Assembly (NCBI GenBank): GCA_902787755.1
Contig: CADAHL010000005.1
Location: 19,524-83,523 of the forward strand
Length of the DNA stretch: 64,000 nucleotides
DNA from: Oscillospiraceae bacterium
GTDB taxonomy: Bacteria > Bacillota > Clostridia > Oscillospirales > Oscillospiraceae
Direction of reading: 5' to 3'
Shown here: positions 14,837 through 23,633 of the stretch, in pieces
How positions within the stretch are numbered: position 1 is the first letter of the stretch
How the letters are laid out: each line of letters opens with the position of its first letter
Translations under genes and position numbers: made by a program
Notes under the pieces: generated by a model
The model's database searches: none
The model's input: only the letters and a program-made list of their open reading frames with translations
What the model was told of the DNA's origin: nothing

Positions 14837-15706
14837 TTATTCATCAAACAGCGACAGCTGCCCGGTGTTTTCCGGCCAGGCGGCAAGGTAGCGAAAGCAG
14901 GCCTCCGGGTCGTGGAGAACGCCGTATCGCTCACAGCTGTCGTGAAACAGCCGCAGCAGCGCCGGGGCCCGGGGACTGCTGCACTCATAGGCGTTTGCGT
15001 AGGTCCTTCGGTACCGATCGCTGAGCCCGGGGAAGTGCCGGTCCAGCGCCCTGTAAAAATATTCCCGGTTTCCGTCCCGGAGGGTCAGGCCCGCGCCGAA
15101 GCAGACGATGCCCTTTACCCCTGCGTCGAAGCACCAGTCCAGGATCTGCCGCACGTTCTCCTCGGTGTCCGTCAGGAAAGGCAGCAGCGGCGTCATCCAC
15201 ACCACGGTCGGGATGTCCCGGCGCTGGAAAGCCTTCAGCACCTCATAGCGTCTGGCGCTGGTGCAGACCCCCGGTTCCAGGATCCGGCTCAGGGCCTCGT
15301 CTGAGACGGTCAGGGTCATCTGCAGAACGCTTTTAGCCTTCCGGTTGATGCTGTCGAACAGATCCAGGTCCCGCAGCACCAGGTCGGACTTGGTAATGAC
15401 CGAAGCGCCGAAGCCATAGCGGTCCAGCAGCTCCAGGCAGCGGCGGGTCAGCAGGAGATCGCGCTCACAGGGCTGGTACGGATCGCTCATGGACCCGGTG
15501 GAGATCACGCACTTTTTCCGGCGCTTCCGAAGGATCTCCTCCAGCAGCTCCGGCGCGTTCTGCTTGACCTCGATATCTTCAAAGGCGTGAGTGAACTGAT
15601 AGCAGGTGCTCCGGCTGTCGCAGTACACGCAGCCGTGGGCGCAGCCCCGGTACAGATTCATGCCGTTGTACCGGGAGAGCAGCGATTTTGCCTCCGTGAA
15701 ATGCAC
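14837..15706 (-). CDS. SPL/Rv2578c-like radical SAM protein (DNA photolyase-like family)
   Basis: ORF 14837..15796 trimmed to GTG 15706, with AGGAGGTGA 5 nt upstream; the longer form would cross the flavodoxin terminator. The cluster motif is CAHGCVYC. Confidence 0.85.
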   Translation of the reverse strand: MHFTEAKSLLSRYNGMNLYRGCAHGCVYCDSRSTCYQFTHAFEDIEVKQNAPELLEEILRKRRKKCVISTGSMSDPYQPCERDLLLTRRCLELLDRYGFGASVITKSDLVLRDLDLFDSINRKAKSVLQMTLTVSDEALSRILEPGVCTSARRYEVLKAFQRRDIPTVVWMTPLLPFLTDTEENVRQILDWCFDAGVKGIVCFGAGLTLRDGNREYFYRALDRHFPGLSDRYRRTYANAYECSSPRAPALLRLFHDSCERYGVLHDPEACFRYLAAWPENTGQLSLFDE

Positions 15707-15794
15707 AGCCTCACCTCCTGTCTCCGGCTCCAGTATAGCCCGCCTGCGGGGAATACGCAAACAGTTTTTCCGGAGATGCGGCAGGGAAAAGCCC

Positions 15795-15839
15795 AAAACA
15801 CAGGACGCCGCCGAGGCTTTGCCCTCTGCGGCGTCCTGT
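15795..15839 (-). terminator. Rho-independent terminator of the TetR-ABM-CMD/cupin-flavodoxin operon
   Basis: ACAGGACGCCGC / GCGGCGTCCTGT is a 12 bp perfect stem. On the minus strand it is followed by GTTTTGGG. Confidence 0.75.
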
Positions 15840-15862
15840 TGGAAAGCGATGCTTCCCGCGGT

Positions 15863-16339
15863 TTACAGTCCGAGGCTGTCGATCCAGCTTTTCAGCTCGG
15901 TCTCCGAGGCTCTGGCGGAGAAGCGCCGGCCCCGCAGGACCCTGGCGCCCCGGGCCAGCTTCTCGATGCGGCTCTGGCCCTCGCCCAGATCGCTGCCGCC
16001 GGAGGTGAAGAAGGGGACCACGGTCTTGCCGGAGAAGTCATAGGCGTCCAGGAAGCTGTCGATAATGCTGGGCTCCCGGTACCACCAGATGGGGAAGCCC
16101 AGGAAGATCACGTCGGCCTCCGCCACCGGGGCGGCGGGTCCGGCCAGCTCCGGGCGGCAGGAGGGATCCTGCATCTCCAGGGTGCTGCGGGATTTCTTGT
16201 CCATCCAGTTCAGGTCCCGGCGCTCATAGGCAACGGCGGGCTTGATCTCATACAGTGCGGCCCCGGCGGCTGCGGCCAGGGTCTTGGCCAGCTTGGCGGT
16301 GCTGCCGCTGGCGGAAAAACAGGCGACCAGTTTGCTCAT
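15863..16339 (-). CDS. Flavodoxin
   Basis: C-terminal part of ORF 15863..16981. ATG 16339 has GGAAGGAG upstream. Sequence: MSKLVACFSASGSTAKLAK..., FLGFPIWW, FFTSGGS. Confidence 0.85.
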   Translation of the reverse strand: MSKLVACFSASGSTAKLAKTLAAAAGAALYEIKPAVAYERRDLNWMDKKSRSTLEMQDPSCRPELAGPAAPVAEADVIFLGFPIWWYREPSIIDSFLDAYDFSGKTVVPFFTSGGSDLGEGQSRIEKLARGARVLRGRRFSARASETELKSWIDSLGL

Positions 16340-16356
16340 GATAGTTGCTCCTTCCG

Positions 16357-17112
16357 TTATTTCAGCTTGTTGTAATCTTCGTCGGAGACCGGCTCCAGCC
16401 ACTCGTTGGAGGCGTCCTCGCCGGCTACTTCGATGGCCAGGTGGGAGAACCAGCTGTCGGCGGCGGCTCCGTGCCAGTGCTTGACGTTGGCGGGGATGTT
16501 GACCGCCGTGCCGGGAGTCATCTCCACCGCCTCCTTGCCCCACTCCTGATACCAGCCCCGGCCGCCTACGCAGATGAGCATCTGACCGCCGCCGGCGGAG
16601 GCGTGATGGATGTGCCAGTTGTTCCGGCAGCCCGGCTCGAAGGTCACGTTGAACACGGGCACCTGCTGCGTGGAGACCGGAGCCAGGTAGCTCTGTCCCA
16701 CAAAGAACTGGCCGTAGGGGTTGGCCTCCCCGATGGGGAAGAAGATCGTATTCTGATAGGCGTCCTTCTCGGTTTTGGCCGGAGCCTGCTCGTTCCAGAT
16801 CTCCTTGGCCAGACGGAACACCGCCCAGCCCTTGGGCCAGCCCACGTACATGGTGGCGTGGGTGATGACGGCGGCGATCTCCTCCCGGGTGACGCCGTGA
16901 TTCCTGGCGTTCTGCAGGTGGTAGCTCAGAGAGGAATCGGTGATCCCCGAGGCCATCAGGGACACCACGGTGATGATGCACTTGGTTTTGACGTCGATGG
17001 CCTCTTCGTTCCAGACCTCGCCGAACAGCACATCGTCGTTGAGATGGGCGAACATGGGGGCGAACTCGCCCAGCTGGGCCCGGCCGGCCGTCTGCGTGAT
17101 TTTCTTGCTCAT
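16357..17112 (-). CDS. Carboxymuconolactone decarboxylase-family domain fused to a cupin domain
   Basis: 251 aa. The N-terminal half has CMD-like helices (VSLMASGITD..NARNHGVTREEI..VGWP). The C-terminal half has a cupin motif (NNWHIHH...GQMLICVGG..HWHGA). Confidence 0.85.
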   Translation of the reverse strand: MSKKITQTAGRAQLGEFAPMFAHLNDDVLFGEVWNEEAIDVKTKCIITVVSLMASGITDSSLSYHLQNARNHGVTREEIAAVITHATMYVGWPKGWAVFRLAKEIWNEQAPAKTEKDAYQNTIFFPIGEANPYGQFFVGQSYLAPVSTQQVPVFNVTFEPGCRNNWHIHHASAGGGQMLICVGGRGWYQEWGKEAVEMTPGTAVNIPANVKHWHGAAADSWFSHLAIEVAGEDASNEWLEPVSDEDYNKLK

Positions 17113-17125
17113 ACGGTATTCTCCT

Positions 17126-17452
17126 TCAGCGTTTGATAAAGTTCAGATCCTTCTCCGGCAGCTGCTCGTCGGAGAGGAAGCGTTCCACGTTCATGTGCAG
17201 ATCGAATTTCTCCCGAAGAGCGGCGATCTGCCCCATCATGGGCGAGGCGTGATGGGCGTCGATGGCCGCCTGATCCCGCCACTGGTCGATAAGCAGCACC
17301 GTCTCTGGGTCGTCCATGGGGAAAAAGTACTCGTAGCGCAGGTTTCCGGACTCGGCGCGGATCGCCGCCACAAGGCCGCTCCGGAGCATCTCTTCCGCAA
17401 AGGCCCGGGCGGCGCCGTTTTCGCCGGTGTAGTAGATGTTGATCGTGATCAT
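17126..17452 (-). CDS. Antibiotic biosynthesis monooxygenase (ABM)/quinol monooxygenase-like protein
   Basis: 108 aa. Segment LRYEYFFPMDDPETVLLIDQWRDQAAIDAHHASP is typical of the ABM fold. A 4-nt overlap joins it to the TetR gene. Confidence 0.8.
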   Translation of the reverse strand: MITINIYYTGENGAARAFAEEMLRSGLVAAIRAESGNLRYEYFFPMDDPETVLLIDQWRDQAAIDAHHASPMMGQIAALREKFDLHMNVERFLSDEQLPEKDLNFIKR

Positions 17453-18078
17453 AGCAGCCCTCCCAGTAGATTCCGAATAAAGCGGTAAGCCATCTCGTAG
17501 GTGCCCATATACACATAGCCGATCCCGGCCTCGTCCATCGCCTGACGCTGTTTCTCCGTCACCACGGTGTAAGGGTACAGGCCGAAAACGAAGGGCAGGA
17601 AGGCGTACAGGAAGTCCTGCCGCTGCTGCCCGTCCAGAGCGGGGACGAATTTCCGCAGGCAGCGGTCCACCGCGGCGGTGGATTCCCCGTAGGCGGCCTT
17701 GAACTCCACCAGGCGCTCCAGCCGGGAGTTGGCCTCCATGTCATAGAGGTTCATGCTCAGCAGCTTGAGCATCAGGGGCCTGCGCTCCAGCGCGCGGGCG
17801 AGCTGCGAGGCCAGCTCATCCGGCGTGAGCGGATCCTCCCGGAGGCAGAGCGCGTCCAGCTCGGCGGCGAAGCGCTGATATTCCTGGGCGAACAGCGCCA
17901 GAAAGATCTCTTCCTTGGTCTCGAAATAGTTGTAGATCGAGGTCCGGGTAAAGGAGGTCTGCTGTCCGATCTCCTTGAGCGTGATCTCCTTGAAGCTCCG
18001 GGTCTCATACAGGCTCCGGCAGGCGTCGATGATCTCTTCCTTCCGGGCCCGGGTCAGTTCTGGGGATCCCTTTGGCAT
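17449..18078 (-). CDS. TetR/AcrR family transcriptional regulator
   Basis: ORF trimmed to ATG 18078 (GAGGAG upstream). The HTH is ITLKEIGQQTSFTRTSIYNYFETKEEIF. Confidence 0.9.
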   Translation of the reverse strand: MPKGSPELTRARKEEIIDACRSLYETRSFKEITLKEIGQQTSFTRTSIYNYFETKEEIFLALFAQEYQRFAAELDALCLREDPLTPDELASQLARALERRPLMLKLLSMNLYDMEANSRLERLVEFKAAYGESTAAVDRCLRKFVPALDGQQRQDFLYAFLPFVFGLYPYTVVTEKQRQAMDEAGIGYVYMGTYEMAYRFIRNLLGGLL

Positions 18079-18114
18079 CTCTCTGTCTCCTCTCGGCATG
18101 AACGCATGGGTCGC

Positions 18115-18162
18115 TGACATCGTGTCAAGACGTAGTATATCACCGTTCTGACACGGCGTCAA
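18115..18162 (-). promoter_or_regulatory. Promoter plus candidate TetR operator of the tetR operon
   Basis: The minus strand reads TTGACG, a 17 nt spacer, then TATACT. A palindrome TGACAcgaTGTCA (18115-18127) lies just downstream. A further TGTCA half-site sits in the spacer. Confidence 0.5.
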
Positions 18163-18188
18163 TACCAAACAGGCCTTTTCCGACAGCG

Positions 18189-18223
18189 AAAAACCCCTCT
18201 CCGATTTCCCGGAGAGGGGTTTT
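18189..18223 (-). terminator. Rho-independent terminator after rplA
   Basis: CCCCTCTCC-N8-GGAGAGGGG with flanking A and T runs. The minus-strand read ends in TTTTT. Confidence 0.78.
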
Positions 18224-18240
18224 ATCAGACCGAAGCGATC

Positions 18241-18933
18241 TTACAGCTGCTTCTGGGCGTTGATCTTGACGCCGGGGCCCATGGTGGAGGCGGTGACGCA
18301 AGAACGGATGTACTGGCCCTTGGCGGAAGCGGGCTTGGCCTTGATGATGGCGGAGACGAGAGCCACGTAGTTCTCGTACAGCTTCTCAGCGCCGAAGCTG
18401 ACCTTGCCGATGGGGCAGTGGATGATGTTGGTCTTGTCCAGACGGTACTCGACCTTACCGGCTTTGGCTTCCTTGACAGCCTGGGCCACGTTGGGGGTGA
18501 CGGTACCGGCCTTGGGGGAGGGCATCAGGCCCTTGGGTCCCAGGATCTTACCGAGGCGGCCGACGGTACCCATCATCTTGGGGTTGGCGACCACGGTATC
18601 GAACTCAAACCAGTTCTCCTTCTGGATCTTCTCGACGTACTCCATACCGCCGGCGTAATCGGCGCCTGCGGCCAGGGCGTCCTCAACCTGCTCGGGGGGG
18701 CAGAACACCAGCACGCGCACGGTCTTGCCGGTGCCGTTGGGCAGCACGATGGCGCCGCGGACCTGCTGGTCGGCGTGACGGCCGTCGACACCGAGCTTCA
18801 GGTGCAGCTCGACGGTCTCGTCGAACTTGGCCTTGCTGGCGTTGATGACCAGCTGGAGGGCTTCCTGGGGATCGTACAGGGCCTGCTTATCAATGAGCTT
18901 GGCGCTCTCTTTATAATTTTTACCTCTAAACAA
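18241..18933 (-). CDS. rplA: 50S ribosomal protein L1
   Basis: [36 protein letters not shown] and further sequence are unmistakably L1. Confidence 0.97.
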   Translation of the reverse strand: MFRGKNYKESAKLIDKQALYDPQEALQLVINASKAKFDETVELHLKLGVDGRHADQQVRGAIVLPNGTGKTVRVLVFCPPEQVEDALAAGADYAGGMEYVEKIQKENWFEFDTVVANPKMMGTVGRLGKILGPKGLMPSPKAGTVTPNVAQAVKEAKAGKVEYRLDKTNIIHCPIGKVSFGAEKLYENYVALVSAIIKAKPASAKGQYIRSCVTASTMGPGVKINAQKQL

Positions 18934-19005
18934 TGTCGTTTCCTCCTAACAATGTGGTGTAATGGATGGATAAATCCTCCCACGTTGCAAGCAATGCTGG
19001 CTTGC

Positions 19006-19431
19006 TCAGTCGCCTACGATGACGCCCATGGAACGGCAGGTGCCCTTGATCATGCTGACAGCGGACTCGATGTCGGTGCAGTTGAGATCGCGCATCTTCT
19101 GCTCGGCGATCTTGCGGACATCTTCCATGCTGATCGTGGCGACCTTGTCCCGCTGGGGGACACCGGAGCCGCTCTCAATGCCGCAGGCCTTCTTGATCAG
19201 AAGGGCGGCAGGAGGAGTCTTGGTGATGAAGGTGAAGCTGCGGTCGGAATACACGGTGATGACAACGGGGATCATCAGGCCCATATCGCCCTTGGTGCGC
19301 TCGTTGAAATCCTTGGTGAACTGACCGATGTTGACGCCGTACTGGCCCAGGGCGGGACCCACAGGGGGAGCCGGAGTGGCCTTGCCGGCAGGAACCTGGA
19401 ATCTGACGTATCCTACTACTTTCTGTGCCAT
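19006..19431 (-). CDS. rplK: 50S ribosomal protein L11
   Basis: [32 protein letters not shown]. Confidence 0.97.
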   Translation of the reverse strand: MAQKVVGYVRFQVPAGKATPAPPVGPALGQYGVNIGQFTKDFNERTKGDMGLMIPVVITVYSDRSFTFITKTPPAALLIKKACGIESGSGVPQRDKVATISMEDVRKIAEQKMRDLNCTDIESAVSMIKGTCRSMGVIVGD

Positions 19432-19450
19432 GGTAGCACCTCTTTCTCAA

Positions 19451-20020
19451 TTATTTAATGACTTCGACCTGATCGAGCTCCATATCCAGAGGAGTCTCGC
19501 GGCCGAACATGGTGATGACGACGCGGACCCGATTGCGCTCGGGCTCCAGCTCGCTCACCACGCCGTTGTGACCGGCAAAGGGGCCTTCCTTGACCCGGAC
19601 CTCGTCGCCCACAGCATAGTTGACCACGATCTTCAGCAGCTGTTCGCTGGGATCGAAGAACTCCGGTTCGTCCTCCGGGGCGACTTCCACGCCCAGATCG
19701 TAGATTTCCTTCTCGGTCAGGGGGATGGCCTTTCCATCGGCCCCGACAAAGCCCGTCGCACCGCGGACATTGTGGATCAGGTGCCAGCTGTCGTCCGTCA
19801 GCGTCATCTTCACCAGCACATAGCCGGGGAAGACCTTGCGCTCCACCGTTTTCTTCTCACCGCTGTCGGTGATCTCGGTCACGGTCTCCAGAGGGATCCT
19901 GGTCTCCAGGATCAGATCCGTCATCCTGCGGTTCTCCGCCGCCTTCATGATCGCGGCGGAAACGGCGTTTTCATATCCGGAGTACGTGTGTACCACGTAC
20001 CATTTCGCTTCTTCAGCCAT
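19451..20020 (-). CDS. nusG: Transcription termination/antitermination factor NusG
   Basis: KWYVVHTYSGYENAV.., and a KOW motif VRVKEGPFAGHNGVV. Confidence 0.97.
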   Translation of the reverse strand: MAEEAKWYVVHTYSGYENAVSAAIMKAAENRRMTDLILETRIPLETVTEITDSGEKKTVERKVFPGYVLVKMTLTDDSWHLIHNVRGATGFVGADGKAIPLTEKEIYDLGVEVAPEDEPEFFDPSEQLLKIVVNYAVGDEVRVKEGPFAGHNGVVSELEPERNRVRVVITMFGRETPLDMELDQVEVIK

Positions 20021-20026
20021 TTCTGC

Positions 20027-20299
20027 TTACCCCAGAAGAGTGAAGAGCGCGCGAACCAGCAGCTGGGCCAGCTCATCGAAGCCCCACAGCAACACCGCGG
20101 AAACCAGCATCATGCCCAGAGAGACGGCGGAATTCTTGACCAGCGCCTTGGGCGTGGGCCAGATGACCTTCTTCAGCTCGCTTCTCATCTCGCGGAACCA
20201 CTTGGCGATCCGCTGGAAGAAGCCGGGCTTGGCGTCGTCCTTCTTGACGGCGGTGACGGCCTTGGCGGGAGCTGCGTTCGTTTTCTTTTCTTCAGCCAT
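20027..20299 (-). CDS. secE: Preprotein translocase subunit SecE
   Basis: FFREMRSELKKVIWPTPKALVKNSAVSLGMMLV, in the conserved position between rpmG and nusG. Confidence 0.9.
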   Translation of the reverse strand: MAEEKKTNAAPAKAVTAVKKDDAKPGFFQRIAKWFREMRSELKKVIWPTPKALVKNSAVSLGMMLVSAVLLWGFDELAQLLVRALFTLLG

Positions 20300-20319
20300 G
20301 ATAACGCTTCCTTTCCCGC

Positions 20320-20481
20320 TTACTTGGTCTCAACGTGCTTGGTGTGCTTTCTGCAGAAGGGGCAATATTTGCTCCGCTCCAAACGGTCGGAAGTATTTTT
20401 CTTGTTCTTGACCGTGTTGTAGTTTCTCTGCTTGCATTCTTCGCATCTGAGAGTGATTTTAACTCTTGCGCCTGCAGCCAT
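20320..20481 (-). CDS. rpmG: 50S ribosomal protein L33
   Basis: Not in the ORF track (53 aa). The reverse complement reads [60 protein letters not shown] lies 9 nt upstream. Confidence 0.9.
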   Translation of the reverse strand: MAAGARVKITLRCEECKQRNYNTVKNKKNTSDRLERSKYCPFCRKHTKHVETK

Positions 20482-20591
20482 GTTAACGGCACCTCCTATG
20501 ATTATTTACCCGCGTGGCGGGCATTGCCTCCCTGTGTGGATCGAGAAAAATGCGCACAAAAAGAAAACCTCTCGTCCGACAGGTAAGGCTA

Positions 20592-20620
20592 ACTATAGCA
20601 CAACCCGAACGAGAGGTCAA
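20592..20620 (-). promoter_or_regulatory. Promoter of rpmG-secE-nusG-rplK-rplA
   Basis: The minus strand reads TTGACC, a 17 nt spacer, then TGCTATAGT (extended -10). Confidence 0.6.
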
Positions 20621-20631
20621 CACTTTTTTGC

Positions 20632-20750
20632 GTGAAAAATGAAGAGTGAAGAGTGAAAAGTTATGGTATCTCGCCCTCGGCGTGGCGGATCTTGATCCGT
20701 CGCGTCAGCGACACCTGAACTCTTCACTCTTCACTTTTCTCTTTTCTCTT
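20632..20750. repeat. Heptad-armed inverted-repeat element, copy A
   Basis: Left arm GTGAAAAATGAAGAGTGAAGAGTGAAAAGTT and right arm GAACTCTTCACTCTTCACTTTTCTCTTTTCTC. The core has three hairpins: CGCC-CTCG-GGCG, CGGAT-CTTG-ATCCG and GTCGC-GTCA-GCGAC. It ends 3 nt from the plsY stop. Confidence 0.8.
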
Positions 20751-20753
20751 GAC

Positions 20754-21401
20754 TTACAGCCGTCCGATCCGCCGAAGCTCCTTTTCCCGGTCCCAGAGAA
20801 AGCTCAGGCGCAGCTCCTCGCCGGTGCGGATCCGGTGGAAGTTCACCAGATGCTTGCAGAAAATGGGAACCGCGGGGATGGCCAGAATGGCGGCGCCCAG
20901 CCAGAAGGCGCTGGACAGACCCACGTAAAGCGGGAAAATAACGGACATGCTCACGGTGGCAATGCAGACGTAATTGGTGACCAGGCCGATGAACAGGGCG
21001 ATGCCCAGCATCAGCAGCAGGACCTTCCAGTCGTAGGCCAGGGCCAGACCGCCCAGACAGGCCAGCCCTCTGCCGCCCCGGAAATGCAGGAACACCGGAA
21101 ACATGTGTCCCAGCAGGGCGGCCACGCCTCCCAGCATCCCGCTGACCTTCAGCAGGGGGAAGAGCCACCGGCACAGCCACCAGGCGCAGGCGGCCTTGAG
21201 AATGTCCGTCAGCGCCACCGCGAATCCCGCCAGCTTGCCGACCAGGATCACGGTGTTGGAGGCTCCGGCATTGCCCGAGCCGTCCCGGCGCACGTCAAAG
21301 CCCTTGATCCTGCCGATGAGATAGGAGGGACTGAAGCAGCCCATCAGGTATCCGATGAGCAGGCAGCACAGTATTTGCACGACAGGGTGATCCATTGGCA
21401 A
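20754..21401 (-). CDS. plsY: Glycerol-3-phosphate acyltransferase PlsY
   Basis: GSGNAGASN motif, HMFPVFLHFRGGRG, and a multi-TM profile. Confidence 0.9.
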   Translation of the reverse strand: MPMDHPVVQILCCLLIGYLMGCFSPSYLIGRIKGFDVRRDGSGNAGASNTVILVGKLAGFAVALTDILKAACAWWLCRWLFPLLKVSGMLGGVAALLGHMFPVFLHFRGGRGLACLGGLALAYDWKVLLLMLGIALFIGLVTNYVCIATVSMSVIFPLYVGLSSAFWLGAAILAIPAVPIFCKHLVNFHRIRTGEELRLSFLWDREKELRRIGRL

Positions 21402-21428
21402 TTTCCCTCCTCTTGAGTCCGGTCTTGT

Positions 21429-22265
21429 TTATTCCGTCATCAGCGCCCGGAGCATTTTCCCCAGGCCGCCTTCATTATTATTCCCCGCCACCGCGCCGGC
21501 GATCCGCAGCACCGGCTCCTGGGCATTGGACATGGCCACGCCGAGGCCCGCCATCTCCAGCAGCTCCAGATCGTTGCTGCCGTCGCCGAAGGCCACGGTT
21601 TCCCTCGGGTCGATTCCCAGGTGGCCGCACAGGGCGTGCAGCGCCTTGCCCTTGCCGGCGTGAACGCTGTTGATCTCAATGTTGTTGGACACGGAGCTGG
21701 TGGCGCACAGCTGGGGAAAGCGCTCCGGCAGGGCTCTGAGCTGGTCGGCCCGCTGCTCCATCTGATCCGGGCGGAAGAACATCTGCAGCTTCTGCACCGG
21801 CTCTCCCCGGGCTTTCAGCGTCTCATACAGATCCTCCACCGGGGTCCGGGTCTGCCGGATCAGCTCCAGCATCCGGGGCTCGGTGACGAAGAAGGGCTCC
21901 AGGTTCTCATAGAAGGCCCGGTTCATCCAGCCCCGCTCGTTCTGATAGCAGTCATAGACAAAGGGGAACCCGGCCATGTACCGGCAGCAGTCCAGAGCAA
22001 GCTCCAAAGGGATATCCGCCCGGAGCAGCAGCCTGTCCTCCCGGGCGTCATAGATCGCCGCGCCGTTGGTGACGATAAAGTAGCGCACAAAGGGCAGCTG
22101 ACGCACCACCGGGGGGATGGCGCTGACGATGCGCCCGGTGGCGGGCACGCATACCACGCCCTGCCCGGCGGCTTCCTGCAGCGCCTCCAGATTCTCCCGG
22201 GGCAGCCGCTTCTCGTCGTCCAGCAGGGTTCCGTCCAGATCGAAGGCCACAAGCCGGATCTTCAT
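21429..22265 (-). CDS. Cof-type HAD-IIB phosphatase
   Basis: VAFDLDGTLLDD, a cap domain, and FGDGSNDLELL. Confidence 0.9.
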   Translation of the reverse strand: MKIRLVAFDLDGTLLDDEKRLPRENLEALQEAAGQGVVCVPATGRIVSAIPPVVRQLPFVRYFIVTNGAAIYDAREDRLLLRADIPLELALDCCRYMAGFPFVYDCYQNERGWMNRAFYENLEPFFVTEPRMLELIRQTRTPVEDLYETLKARGEPVQKLQMFFRPDQMEQRADQLRALPERFPQLCATSSVSNNIEINSVHAGKGKALHALCGHLGIDPRETVAFGDGSNDLELLEMAGLGVAMSNAQEPVLRIAGAVAGNNNEGGLGKMLRALMTE

Positions 22266-22280
22266 TGGTACACCTGTCCT

Positions 22281-22706
22281 TTACTGCGGGATCTCCCGCA
22301 CGGAGATCTGGAAGCGGTTCCGGGATACCATGGAGTGGCCCAGATCCACCACGTACTCGATGTCCACCCGGCCGCCCTCTGCGCCGATCTGCTGATCGAT
22401 CCGCCGGGTACGCATGCCCAGAGTGGTCTCCCCGTAGGGCGTCTGATACAGGAAGGAGGTCTGAAGCCCCTCCCGGAAAACCATCCGGCTGGTGACGGTG
22501 CCCTCCCGGTCCACCACCACCTGGTCGGGCATGACGAACAGGCTGGTCCGGGTGCCCTCCATGCCGGTGACCTCGGTCTCGAAGTAGCTGATGCAGGCGG
22601 TGTCGCCCTCCAGCAGATAGAAGCCGTCGGTGGTAAACTGCAGCTGATCCTCTTCCTCCTCTTCCAGGTTGAAGCGGCTGTTGATATCGATGATCACGTC
22701 TTTCAT
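22281..22706 (-). CDS. DUF1934 (YwiB-like beta-barrel) protein
   Basis: 141 aa. The overall pattern resembles DUF1934 proteins. A 4-nt overlap joins it to murI upstream. Confidence 0.75.
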   Translation of the reverse strand: MKDVIIDINSRFNLEEEEEDQLQFTTDGFYLLEGDTACISYFETEVTGMEGTRTSLFVMPDQVVVDREGTVTSRMVFREGLQTSFLYQTPYGETTLGMRTRRIDQQIGAEGGRVDIEYVVDLGHSMVSRNRFQISVREIPQ

Positions 22707-23506
22707 GGTTCTCCTGCCTCCATGGGGGGAATGTGCCGGGCGGCAATGGCCCGCCCGCGTCCCAGAAACAGGGAGGCGGCGGCCTGAAATTCCTCGGCCG
22801 GGCCGCTGGTGAGAAACAGCTCCTGCCCCTGGCCGCCGGTGAGATCGCGGCGGACCAGATAGTCCCGCAGGGCCTCGGCCCCGCAGCCGGAGGCCTCCAG
22901 CAGCCGGGTGTGCGGCCCCAGGGCCTGGCGGATCGCCTCCGCTACGATGCCGTAGTGGGTGCAGCCCAGCAGCAGCGCGTCCGCGCCCCGGAGGGGGGCC
23001 AGGTCGTCCATGGCCTCCTGCAGCAGGGGATCGTCGGGACGGATGTGACCGAATTCAATAAGCGGCACCAGCTTGGGACAGGGCAGCGCGATGATCGGCC
23101 TGTCCGGGCAGAGCTCCCGCAGGGCGGCTTCAAAAGCGCCGGAGCGGATGGTGGCCTCGGTGGCGATGATGCCCAGAGGGCCCGTCCCCGGCATCCGGGC
23201 CATGGCCTCCACGCTGGCCTTCATCACGCCGAAGGTGGGGATGGCGTTTTCCTCCAGCAGGTCCGGGGCGTTGCTGGAGACGGTCCCGCAGGCGACCAGA
23301 ACCGCTTTCACTCCGTGAGAAGCCATCAGGTCCAGGTCCTGCCGGGCCATGCGCCGCAGCTGGCTTCTGCTTCTGCCCCCGTAGGGCAGGCGGCCGCTGT
23401 CGGCAAAATATATGAGATTCTCCTCCGGGAGCAGCTGCCGCAGGGCTTTTACCGCGGTGAGGCCGCCCAGACCGGAGTCAAAGATCCCGATGGGTCTGTT
23501 ATCCAT
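22703..23506 (-). CDS. murI: Glutamate racemase
   Basis: ORF 22703..23674 trimmed to ATG 23506. Motifs: IGIFDSGLGGLTA, ACGTVSS, LGCTHY. Confidence 0.93.
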   Translation of the reverse strand: MDNRPIGIFDSGLGGLTAVKALRQLLPEENLIYFADSGRLPYGGRSRSQLRRMARQDLDLMASHGVKAVLVACGTVSSNAPDLLEENAIPTFGVMKASVEAMARMPGTGPLGIIATEATIRSGAFEAALRELCPDRPIIALPCPKLVPLIEFGHIRPDDPLLQEAMDDLAPLRGADALLLGCTHYGIVAEAIRQALGPHTRLLEASGCGAEALRDYLVRRDLTGGQGQELFLTSGPAEEFQAAASLFLGRGRAIAARHIPPMEAGEP

Positions 23507-23633
23507 ATCGTATCCTTCCTTAGTCCCTTGAAGACTCAATATACAACAAAAGGCCCGGTATGACAAGAAAAATTTGCAACCCGGCCCTCTCTGGAGTATA
23601 ATGCCCTGAGATTGAACTTCGGAGGGCAGATCT

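Noticed and set aside
15707-15796. N-terminal extensions of track ORFs. Examples: 15796 for the SPL radical SAM gene, 1618 for MocA, 16981 for flavodoxin, 18168 for TetR, 23674 for murI, 41170 for the M14 peptidase, 25744 for ytvI, 6567 for the Fe-S gene, and 55841 for vanY.
   Set aside because: Internal starts have good SD sequences and match the conserved N-termini of the families. The extensions cross terminators, promoters or neighbouring genes.
20292-20492. 66 aa ORF in the track upstream of secE
   Set aside because: A different frame of the same interval encodes a textbook ribosomal protein L33 (20320-20481) with a strong SD. The 66 aa translation has no family resemblance.
20632-20750. 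CRISPR array, or tRNA-like or tmRNA-like gene, as an explanation for the heptad-armed repeats
   Set aside because: The copies are dispersed singly and are not arrayed with spacers. The cloverleaf-like cores lack tRNA invariant features (T-loop GTTCRA, D-loop, CCA context) and differ in sequence between copies.
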